A DNA stretch of 34,793 bases from Kipferlia bialata (lineage: Eukaryota). Below, piece by piece: positions 26,001 through 34,793 of the stretch. The stretch covers positions 1-34,793 of the forward strand of contig BDIP01000064.1 in the NCBI GenBank assembly GCA_003568945.1, in the 5' to 3' direction. The notes under the pieces were generated by a model. The model did not search any database. It had not been told where the DNA came from and was given only the letters and a program-made list of their open reading frames with translations. The translations under genes were made by a program, and so were the position numbers. How positions within the stretch are numbered: the stretch's first letter is position 1; every line of letters begins with the position of its first letter.

Positions 26001-29000
26001 AACACTTATTGTATTTCACACTATGAGATTAGGTCACTTGCCCGTGTTTGTCTGTCTGTTCTTAATTTGTCTGTGTATTTGTCTGCGTTCTCACCCTCAG
26101 GGTCCCAGCCAACCGTGGCCTGACCCCCACTTCGTCCCACTCTGGCCTGCCTACCCCAGACTCCAAGTCACTCGTCCTGGACGTCGATGTTAGACAGGTA
26201 CGCATTCCTTTGTAGAAATATGTAATAGTATTGTTTGACCTGTATCATAGTTCCTTGTGCTGTATGCTGTCGTGTAGTTACCCTATACTCATCTCACCCA
26301 GGCATTGGTCGTCACCCACCCTTCCCTGATCACCACTGCAGTCGCCACACTCAACTTCTACTCGACAGCTGTGGAGTCACTCAAGGACAACCAGCGGAAC
26401 ATCGCTAAGGTACTCCTGATACATTTGTCTCAGTGTAATTGTCAATTGTGGGATGCATTCTTTATTTTATATTGTTCATGTCTCACCCCTAGGTCCTCAA
26501 GCAGCAGGAGACCGAGAAGGTGTTGGGGATGGCTAGCAGAGGACTCAACAAGGCGCAGGTATGGGAAGAAGAAGAATTGAAGGAACATGATTTGCACTTA
26601 CTATCTCCTCTATTCATACAATAGTGCGACATGTCTTATTCCCTCACCCCCCAGGAGCAGATGATTGACATGCTGCAGGACAACCTGACCGACCTCGTCT
26701 TCAGCCTGTACATATCAAACATCAACATATCACTGCTCTCGGACAGAATCTACAGGTGAGAGACTACTTTGACGTAGTACACTCCATATTAATGATGTTC
26801 TGGTTCTTAGAATCTGACTCTAGGGCCACTCTTGGATGTGACAACCTTAGTTTCTTTGGCCAGTACACCAAGTCAGTCTCTGCCAACATGGCCAGATCCC
26901 TGATGCAGCTGACTGGTCAGCTCACTAGCGACGCTTTCCAGGTATTTGTAGTTGTATTTATTCAGTATTGCTCTCTATATTCCTTTTCATGGTTGCCTCG
27001 TTGTTCAGTATTTCTCTCTACCTTCATCTAATTCATTTCTCACCTCAGATTGGCATTGCCTCTGCCTGTCTCGATGACCCTCTCCCCAGTGATACCTCGG
27101 TGGATCTGTTTGATGATCCCAGAGAGACCCTGGACTCTGTGAGGACATACACCAGGGTCACAAACATCGCTAACAGGTGCGATATGTATATTGTTTATAA
27201 CCTCTCTTTGTGTTACATATCTTACCCCCAGGGCCCGTGTCTCTGTGTCCTCCACCTGCCACTTCACGTCCACAAACACATCACTCAGGGGGGCACTCCA
27301 GGTGCGTATAGTATGTACTGTCTAACCCGTTAATCCTCTCTGTGTATGGTCAGTTTGATCCGCCACATTTGGATGCACTCTAGGTGCTTTTAGGCGTGGC
27401 ATTCTCTGTGTCCATGTCTGTATATATATATTAGCATGCCTCTCACTCTAGATGCACCTCATGGAGATGTCAGCGAGTGTCGACCCCGGTGTCCTGTCCC
27501 AGACCATGCACATCCTGACATCCGTGGCATCGTACCTCGCACAGGTACATATTTCTCTTGCATATTGTTTTCTACACGATTATTTTCTTACCGTGTAGGC
27601 TGGCAAGGGGGAGGCCGTGCCTGACAAGTCACCTTCTTCTCCTGTGGATGATAACGATGGGTTCGAGTCGGCCTCTGAGGACGACACTATACTCCTGAGG
27701 TATCATACTGATATATCACTGTAGTCCATGTATACATGGTATGTTATTTACCCATCAGGAGTGTACTAGGTGACACCCCTCGGGGTAGGGCCGAGGAGAA
27801 GGAGAAGGAGAGAGAGGCTGAGGCAAAGGCCGCCAGGGAGAGAGAGAAGGAGAAGGCGAGAGAGGCCGAGGCTGCCAAGGCTGCATCCCAGGCCAAGAAG
27901 ACTGTCTCAATCTCTGCCAGGTATAGTCATGTAGAGTATCACTGAAATCTCAAGCTATGATTCAGTCTTCTTTATACTAAACCCCTCACCCTCCCAGGTT
28001 CAAGACCGCTGAGGCCTCAATCCACATCCACGAGAGGATCAGATCACTCAACACAAGGTGAGTTTAGTAGGTGGTATTCTGGTACTATTAATCGAAATTA
28101 TGTAGTTTTCTGATAGTTAGGGAGCAGGAGGCTGCCTGTGTACTTTCTCTATCACACCTTATATCCACTATATAGTATTTTATCCCTATCCATCTGCCAC
28201 TTCCTTACTACTCAGAGAGCAGGAGGCTGCCTGTATTTATCAACGTGTTCTCTACATCCTCTCTATCACTCTATATACTGACCCTTAGGGAGCAGGAGGC
28301 TGCCTGTGTCCTTAGGTTCCCCTCTGTTATGGCCCATTGTCACCACCACTCAAAGACTAGTAGGACAAAGGCTACATCAGGCACCAAGGTACCTGTGTTT
28401 ATCTACGCGATGCAGTATATATATATATATACATATATATATATTCACTGACCCCAGGTCACTGTCGATGTTGACAAGATGCGCCTTGTCCTCCCCTCCG
28501 AGATATTCATCTTCATGAGTGCCCTACCCTCTGAGTGGGAGGCCTACCAGCAGTCGTGGGCTGAGCCCGACTACGACCTCCAAGGTGACCATTCCTAATT
28601 GATTTATCTTTAGAGTTGGTTTCAATGTTTCAGTGATAGCTTATTATTCATACTTTGAGTTGATTCACTGTTTCAGTGACAGTGAATGTCTAGTTTGAAA
28701 CCAATCTCACCCCTCAGATAGTGAGGACGATAGCACTGACGAGATGAACGTGTCTGACAGAGAGAGAAACAGACTCAGGTGGGGAAATAGTGTTAGCTAA
28801 GCTGTTGACGATACTTTCAGCATTCGTTTCTGATTTTCTTACTCTAGGAACCAGTCCAACAACATGTGGGGCGAGATCACTGCTGAACTCAGGTATGGTC
28901 ACCTACCTCAAGATTGTTTGGTAATTCATATTCACCCGGAGGTCTCGATTTATTGTGTCATTGATGTATTCCAACTACCTAATATGTTGTTACTATCCAC

Positions 29001-32000
29001 TTACCCCCAGGACCATCCAGCACAAGAGGGAGAAGGACCAGGCCAGGGAGGAGCAGAAGGTGACAGATTCATGTATATATAGGGTGTTTCTACCTTCAAG
29101 ATGTGGTATACTGAACATTCCATGATTGTTGTCTATTGATATATCCTCTAACTGATCAGGCCAGTGGTCACAAGCACAGGGATGATGGTACCCTAGTCAG
29201 AGGAACCTCCGGACACCAGCTGTCCGTGATGCTGAGGTATGTACACTCACCTATTACTCTTTGTACTACACGATATGGGTAGGCCAGTACTTACCCTCCA
29301 GGATCCGCCCTGTGGATGCTTCTGTCGCCAGTAGAGTTGGTAGCGATGGATCACTATCCAGTGTCAGTACCAACTCCATGACAGAGGTACTGCTACCACA
29401 CACACACACAAATATATATATATATATATATGAGGTCCATCGTACTGCTGCTCTTGTTCTTACATTGAGGTTGTGGCGAAGGTTGCCCTACCCATTGGCG
29501 CTGTTCTGTGTCTGACAGCCAACCCAACACGGGCAGGAAAGACATCATCGGTGCTGGTCAGAGTGCCCTCTGTTGCTGCTAGGTAATATGCATCATTCAT
29601 TTATATAGGTGTGTTAGTCATCTTAGGTACCAGACTCATTCTTTCACTAACGGTGTGGTACACCTCCTAACCCGTAGGATATCGGTCAATGCCGGTACCC
29701 AGTCTGGCGACTCCCTTGCACTCAACATCGACAACACCGTAATCACAACGTCCTCCTTGACCCTGGGCGCCTCCTCTCTCCCCTCCGTCACTGTGTCTCC
29801 ATCTGCCCCCATTCCAGTGTGCTTCCAGAACACGAAGCTGCTTGTCGGTAGCATAGGACTCAGGTGCGCATTCTATATTTGTAATCATAAATTGGAATTT
29901 ATCCAGTACTATACACTTTTCCATATCTCACATGAATATGTATAATACATATCATATACTTGGTATGTATGATACCTCACCCCAGGGCCTCCCTTCGCAC
30001 CCTGGAGCACATCTCTTTCCTCACTTCCACTGTCACTCAACACCTGGCCCAGTTCCCATTTGCAGCAGAGACACTCCCGCCCCAGGTATGTTAATATATC
30101 TGTAATGGTATATATTAGTATTTGTAGTATATCTATAAGTATCTGGCACAGTTCCCATTTGCAGCAGAGACACTGCCACCTCAGGTATATAGGTTATATT
30201 TTGAAATCTACCGCATCGGGCATATTCTGTGTCTATATAGTTTAACATATTCCCTAACTTAGTATATTGTCTCTAACCTCAGGGTCCCGTTTCTGTGTCC
30301 AGTGGTACCCATACCTACACCCAGGTATGTAGGGAGTATATACGTTAGTACTGTTGTATGTGTCAGTATCACTACTTGGGTCACCCTCTCTTCAGCGTGG
30401 AGTGTGTGCTATAATATGACGACATACTCTTCCACATGTATATCCCAACTGTGTCTACCTCTCTTCCCCTCACCCCCAGGGCACCTCCTCCCTCAGAAAC
30501 ACATCGGTGTCTGGGGCATCCGCAGGTATCTAGTGTCTTATATCTATGAAATTACATATGTATTTGTATATTGTGTCAGGGGCATCAGCAAGTTATTATT
30601 GGAAGTGTCACATATACATGGGTATACATGGATACATTGTCAGTTCTGTATCAATGTCTTGGTAGTTAGGAATAGTATTCTATCTTTACAACCTTTCAGC
30701 GATATGATGCTCACCCCCCAGGTGGCAGGACCCACGGTGCCTCCAACCAACTCAGACGCAAGGGGAAGCTCCTGCTGGTCTCTGTGGCATCAACATCTCT
30801 ACAGGTACATATTCAGTGTGCGTGTGTATATATCATACTTCTCATAAGTACTCACCCTCCAGGCCGACCTAGGCGGAGTGCGTGAGATTGGCATAGTCTC
30901 TCTACAGACAGACAACCCTCAGAGCGGACAGACAAACCCAATCAGGTATACATATTGTCAGTAGTGATATCGAGTAGATTGTTTGGTATGTCTCTAACCG
31001 CGTAGGTTCCTGCACCGTGCTGCTCCGGGTCCCAGGAGAGTGTTTGACTCCGTGCCCAGTACAGTGATGCTCGCAGTGCCTAACGTGAGTTGTGCATGTG
31101 TCTCTATATATATCTCAGTCTCATTTTGATTTGCAGAACATGGTATATTACTCACCCCAGCTGAATCAGTCCATAGTAGTTATGATGTATACATTGTATA
31201 TCTCACCCCAGCTGAGTCTCGAGTTCTCTGGCAAGCGCTCCTCTGCTCTCAAGAGCAGGATGATGCTGTCTGCCACTGTTGCCGTGGCCAGGAGACTGCA
31301 GTTCCAGACATCAAAGACGAGGAACAGGTGCGTATACCTATACATATTGTTTGGCTAGTCACCCTTATAATGTGATGACTGAACGCAGAACCAGTACGTA
31401 TTCTTTTTCGCTAGAGTATGGTGTCTGTATAGCTGTATGGAAACACTGAACTCACCCCCTAGGCTTGTGCAGCTGCCCTCCGATGTGTGGACATATGCAT
31501 CGGTCCCCATCCTCAGATTCAAGGTTAGGGAACTTGGATTATCTCATTGTGGTAGACCTTTGGATAACTGTTCCAAATTTTGATAGAGATTTGTCTATAT
31601 CATTGTTAGTACTGGTATTTGTCGCAATTGGTTGATTGCCTCACTGACCACCAGCTCTATGACGAGCTTGAGCTGTGCACCGTGACTGCCAAGGACGTCA
31701 AGTTCATGTCTGTCGGAAACACAGTCAGAATCAGATCGGTCAAGGACCTGCACAGGTTGGTTAGTAAGTATATACATATATCTATGTATTGTATATAACT
31801 GGTGTTATCTTGCGCGATAATCTAACCCCCTAGGACCCGTGACTCTTCAGCTGCCACCCTGGATGCCAGACACCTGGAGGCTAGGGCGGGCTGCAGGTAC
31901 TGATGTATATGCATGTAGTGACAAGTGACAGTATTGCTAGATATCGCTCAGGTATCTTTCTAATCCGCAGGACTGTGTCTGTGCTTGGTGGTCTCATCGA

Positions 32001-34738
32001 CGGTGTCATTGACAATGTCAAGGCATCCCTGAGAGCAGGTGTGTTGATTCCATCATTTTCTATGAAGATCCAATATCTCTATCATTTCCCAGTTATGTTT
32101 CATTATATACATCTTCTCACCCAGGTACCAAGTTGGGTCAGAGGGGTCAGAAGGCCCGCCGTGCCCTGCCTAGAACTGCATCCATGGCGGGGATCAGCAG
32201 CTTGAGTCAGAGGTATAGTGTATATAGATATATATATATTGGACCGGTATGATCTGACTATACCTTACTCATTATATATTTGTTACTGTATATGTGATAC
32301 ATGCATATTTAGCTCGCTTTGATCCACCAACTACATCATGCACTTGGTAGTGTCACTCACCCTTCAGGGACGAGAGACTCAGGGCCAGAGGCGGTATCAT
32401 GCTGGCTGGACTGGGACAGGTGTGGATATAGTATATGTGCACTCTAACATACCAAGTCTCTCTAGTTAGATTAGAGTCTAACCCAGGCTTCTGAGTCCAT
32501 CAGATCAGGCCCCCTCTCACTCAAGAGCATGTCTGCCACCACATCAGCCAACAAGGGTAGAGGGCCCGGGCAGGTACACATCGCGTAACTATAACCGTGT
32601 AGTTTCACACTCCTCTGACCCCAGGTCACCCTGCACACCCTGATGCCTGAGATGTGTGAGCAGAAGGACCTGGACGCTGTCACTCTGTTGAAGAGGTTCC
32701 TGCTGCCTAGCAAGGGACCTATTGCATTCAGGTGTGTTTGTGCCATTTGGCCCTGCTCTCTCTCTATACAAATACACTGTATGTTGTATGGTATCTGACC
32801 CCTAGAATCAGCACCCTCGAGGTCTCTCTGGCCAGTGACACTCTGGCAGACCCACTCTGGACACAGGTTCATACACACACAGACTCACACATATTCATAC
32901 ATTCATCTACTTGTGAGTCTCGAGTTCAATTGCATCCCCCGTCCCATCACCATCCTAGGCCCACGCATGTGTGCCAGACTTCCATTTCCAGTATATCATA
33001 TACATATGTATATTAATGTACTCCAAACTCCTGGGCTATCCCTTGCCTCATCCCAGGCCCACATGTCCGAGCTCCAGTTCCAGTACTATATGTATATATG
33101 TATATATGTGTGTGTGTGTGTGTACTCCAACCTACTCATAGACTATCCCTTGCCTCATCCTAGGCCCACATGTCCGAGCTCCAGTTCCAGTACATCCAGA
33201 CATCTGGGAGTGAGTCACTCAAGGGGACCAACGACATGAACCTGAGGCCTGTCGCAAGACTGCTCTCAAACTATACGGTTAGTAATGCTCCTCCCATCTC
33301 TCAGCATGTTTACTATTGCTCACTCTCAGGTTGGATCTACCCTTGGAGAGCTCTCCAAGGACATATCTCTGTCGTGCAGGGCCCTCTGCCTGGACGTTTG
33401 TCGTACGGGTCTAGGTATGACCTTTCGTAGTCATATGTAGAGGAAGTATTGCATTATATTCTTCTTATCCATTAGGCAAGGACGCCATCCAGAAACTCAA
33501 GTCCAACGAGACCTACGGCCCAGCCGACCATGAGCACGTGTACTTCAGTGTCCAGATGCAGCATGCTAAGGTACATGGAGTGTATACGTATGTATCTCTT
33601 GGTTAGTATGGTTTGGAGCATGATACTGACCCTTCAGAAGACCAATGTGGCTCAGATCGCCAGTCCCATCAAGTGGCAGCTCAGCTCTCTGGAGACACTC
33701 GTGTTTGCCAGGAGCCAGATGAAGGTAGAGACTCATTGACTCTATGTACTATATAATATATATATCCATTTCTTATATAGTTTAGTATTTATACTCTCGT
33801 TGTGTCGTACTTATTAAATTGGTAGTTTCCGACACCCAGGATGGTATGCTGCGCCCTGTCCTGCACCAGAATGTGGAGGGGTCTCTGACTGTGCATACGG
33901 ATGCCTTCCTGCAGCACACTAGGACCATGAGGCCCTTTGAGACACTCACACACGTCATATCAGACCTCATTGCGGGTTAGTTTTACAATATTCATTCCCC
34001 AATGTATTCAATACAAGTGTAGTAGTATCTGGAATTTTTACCTATCAATCTCTCGATTCATTCTCACCCTAGCCTTCAAGTCCCTGTCCTCCGATGGTGC
34101 TGACCCCTCCTACATGCAGATGGGGTCACAACAGACACAGCCATCCAAGGGAGACACGGACTTTGCATTCTGGGGTCCCGAGGAAGAGGAGGTACGGGGA
34201 CCAATACTCACTGCACTTGCATCTGATATTAGTGTCAATGAAATATATATATCAATGAAATATATATACATATATATGTATGCATCTGACCCCAGGAGCA
34301 GGAGGATGTGGCACCCAAGGACGAGGGAGAGGAGGCTAAGGTAAAGAGACATTTTTTCCAATTTTTCTACATTCTATGGCAATTCTCTCTGGATACTGTA
34401 TTTATCATTATTCATTAATCGTCATTTGAGGTATTCTTACCCACTAGGAGAAGGCCTCTCTGGATGAGTACCGCGAGATAGTGCACAAGGACAAGGTGGA
34501 CTTTGTCCACTTCCTGCAGACCAAGGTATACACACAATACACGCACCACCTTACTATATCATAAGTTCATCAACAATCCTTGTGAATGTAACCATTCTAT
34601 TGCTAACAACCCAGGTCAGAAAGGCTGACATTCTGCCCCAGTTGGCCAGTCTTGGCAAGGGCTCAGACCTGGTTGCTCCCATCTTCAGAAAGATCAGCAG
34701 CAATCCCACACTCTGGCAGGGCATCCATGGCAACACGG
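3980..34738 (+). CDS. BLTP1: Bridge-like lipid transfer protein, BLTP1/KIAA1109/Tweek/LPD-3/Csf1 family; 137 exons, about 4,000 aa, runs off the right edge
   Basis: Spliced motifs resembling the Csf1/BLTP1 N-terminal region as I recall it, in the expected order: GRGLSILLN..VSPLTGRVMVRQFEY..EFKYW; LHLQIVGLDVHCYNNKSAYEYL; HIKDSPGMCP; LWYSPTHDKERGRIQRFFYPPTYQ; FAPRIQEYNINLTNFEIIVNVNENNV; GYAIMYYWRLVDNLFG. Hand-chained in-frame GT-AG exons: 3980-4066,4270-4376,4474-4520,4717-4799,5119-5165,5398-5474,5692-5808,6022-6127,6627-6686,6924-7000,7176-7248,7590-7676,7852-7925,8011-8066,8476-8534,9059-9174,9413-9479,9614-9716,9829-9902,10116-10230,10513-10574,10767-10823,11075-11179,11396-11481,11564-11654,11861-11937,12187-12294,12586-12666,12770-12862,12989-13061,13257-13303,13439-13526,13627-13700,13795-13854,13951-14033,14120-14193,14282-14335,14484-14599,14918-15013,15112-15216,15310-15383,15510-15613,15709-15896,15951-16054,16239-16309,16406-16491,16591-16672,16780-16841,16961-17014,17111-17182,17243-17332,17477-17587,17682-17806,17878-17965,18130-18201,18328-18460,18553-18718,18833-18899,18983-19060,19148-19211,19285-19475,19541-19644,19752-19864,19919-20028,20114-20210,20346-20446,20507-20581,20684-20753,20826-20908,20967-21051,21137-21232,21315-21370,21560-21707,21773-21892,21957-22388,22457-22696,22792-23003,23071-23147,23217-23306,23403-23502,23561-23675,23764-23830,23960-24030,24228-24293,24415-24492,24554-24679,24843-24898,25091-25236,25332-25420,25561-25603,25701-25836,25910-25975,26101-26197,26302-26409,26493-26558,26655-26755,26824-26941,27049-27176,27232-27301,27452-27544,27599-27699,27759-27920,27998-28057,28289-28388,28458-28584,28718-28778,28848-28892,29011-29059,29160-29236,29302-29386,29470-29582,29678-29863,29986-30085,30283-30324,30480-30525,30722-30804,30863-30945,31006-31084,31212-31327,31463-31523,31655-31755,31834-31896,31971-32038,32125-32212,32368-32419,32487-32573,32625-32731,32806-32866,33164-33277,33330-33414,33476-33570,33638-33724,33840-33975,34073-34191,34296-34340,34448-34525,34615-34738. 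No database search was run. Confidence 0.85.
4124..4182 (+). repeat. Intronic copy of 3' half of exon 3980-4066 with donor
   Basis: KGHALFRIGYCNVSPLT|gtatgt vs KGDALFRIGYCNVSPLT|gtatat. Confidence 0.9.
4594..5280 (+). repeat. Intronic half-exon copies around exons 4717-4799 and 5119-5165
   Basis: 5' copy 4594-4623 (acceptor AG changed to TG); 3' copies with donor at 4911-4948 and 5245-5274. Confidence 0.88.
5871..6565 (+). repeat. Intronic half-exon copies around exons 5692-5808, 6022-6127 and 6627-6686
   Basis: 3' copies 5871-5905 and 6201-6242 with GT donors; 5' copies ctcactccag|cgctctgcctttgt near 6439 and 6536. Confidence 0.88.
7087..7500 (+). repeat. Duplicate acceptors + exon starts upstream of exons 7176 and 7590
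   Basis: ccccag|gggctctgtgaccaggctggg near 7095; ccttacccc.tag|gccatgaaccaccgtct at 7412 and 7481, degraded copy at 7302. Confidence 0.9.
8143..9020 (+). repeat. Cluster of half-exon copies: one 3' copy, three gcatgtgccccc starts, five MAEPSTI-type starts
   Basis: 8143-8170; starts near 8234, 8330, 8384; and 8542, 8617, 8769, 8872, 8983 upstream of the functional exon at 9059. Confidence 0.88.
8672..8758. other. Assembly gap (N run)
   Basis: 87 N inside the tandem half-exon array. Confidence 0.99.
9255..10680 (+). repeat. Half-exon copies around exons 9413, 9829, 10116 and 10513
   Basis: 5' copies near 9262, 9346 and 10406; 3' copies 9960-9989, 10295-10325 and ~10661-10678. Confidence 0.85.
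10958..11295 (+). repeat. Exon 11075-11179 sandwiched by recoded 5' half (10958-11008) and 3' half (11233-11289)
   Basis: Both halves encode the same peptide as the exon and keep the outer acceptor and donor. Confidence 0.92.
11760..12504 (+). repeat. Half-exon copies around exons 11861-11937 and 12187-12294
   Basis: 5' copy near 11770; 3' copies 12033-12073, ~12368-12394 and ~12472-12498. Confidence 0.87.
14651..14890 (+). repeat. Tandem copies of 3' end of exon 14484-14599 plus following intron, with a 7-N gap at 14767-14773
   Basis: gtgcagctgcactcagt.ac.gatag|gtatattagcat repeated at 14651 and ~14812. Confidence 0.85.
15781..15822 (+). repeat. Coding (GAGGGA)7 hexanucleotide repeat encoding EGEGEG...
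   Basis: Direct reading inside exon 15709-15896. Confidence 0.9.
28115..28240 (+). repeat. Two intronic copies of the start of exon 28289
   Basis: ag|.gagcaggaggctgcctgt near 28121 and 28217. Confidence 0.87.
30143..30190 (+). repeat. Synonymously recoded 3' copy of exon 29986-30085 with donor
   Basis: LAQFPFAAETLPPQ|gt in both copies. Confidence 0.9.
32950..33085 (+). repeat. Two upstream copies of acceptor + start of exon 33164
   Basis: ctatcccttgcctcatcc.ag|gcccacatgtccgagctccagttccagtac at 33057 (near-identical); degraded copy near 32959. Confidence 0.88.
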
Positions 34739-34742
34739 GTAT

Positions 34743-34743
34743 G

Positions 34744-34793
<50 letters not shown>
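34743..34793. repeat. (TA)n(TG)n microsatellite, intronic, at the window end
   Basis: Direct reading; follows the donor at 34739. Confidence 0.95.

Noticed and set aside
59..34736. The many short ORFs in the six-frame track as independent genes
   Set aside because: They are exon pieces running into (TA)n/(CT)n/(CA)n introns (YIYI, SLSL, THTH) or antisense shadows of exons; the spliced models explain them.
15000..34738. Several separate plus-strand genes
   Set aside because: Exons chain in frame without a stop or intergenic gap, consistent with the very large size of BLTP1 proteins.
1..34793. tRNA, rRNA, transposase or reverse-transcriptase sequence; alternative genetic code
   Set aside because: None recognised by eye, and spliced frames need no stop reassignment. 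Small intronic ncRNAs cannot be excluded without a covariance-model search.

Overview
Intron-dense eukaryotic genomic DNA; the ORF track is mostly exon fragments read into introns. The splice signature (GT donor, branch motif CT[CGTA]AC sitting 3-6 nt before the AG, e.g. ctcacccccag) plus microsatellite-rich introns suggests a metamonad protist, most plausibly the fornicate Kipferlia bialata (inference). There are two genes. (1) 112-3187 on the minus strand: 13 in-frame exons of a coiled-coil protein, including one GC-AG intron. (2) 3980 to beyond the right edge on the plus strand: a giant gene whose 137 exons I could chain in frame by hand (about 4,000 aa). It encodes a bridge-like lipid transfer protein of the BLTP1/KIAA1109/Tweek/LPD-3/Csf1 family. 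The most unusual signal is in the BLTP1 introns, which hold dozens of half-exon copies: acceptor plus exon start upstream of the real exon, exon end plus donor downstream. These differ from the functional exon almost only at synonymous positions (hand count roughly 50 synonymous vs 10 non-synonymous codon differences). In two places the upstream and downstream halves together rebuild a complete second, recoded version of the exon they flank. Neutral decay of tandem duplicates does not predict this. The two genes meet head-to-head at a poly-G tract and neither has an unambiguous 5' end.
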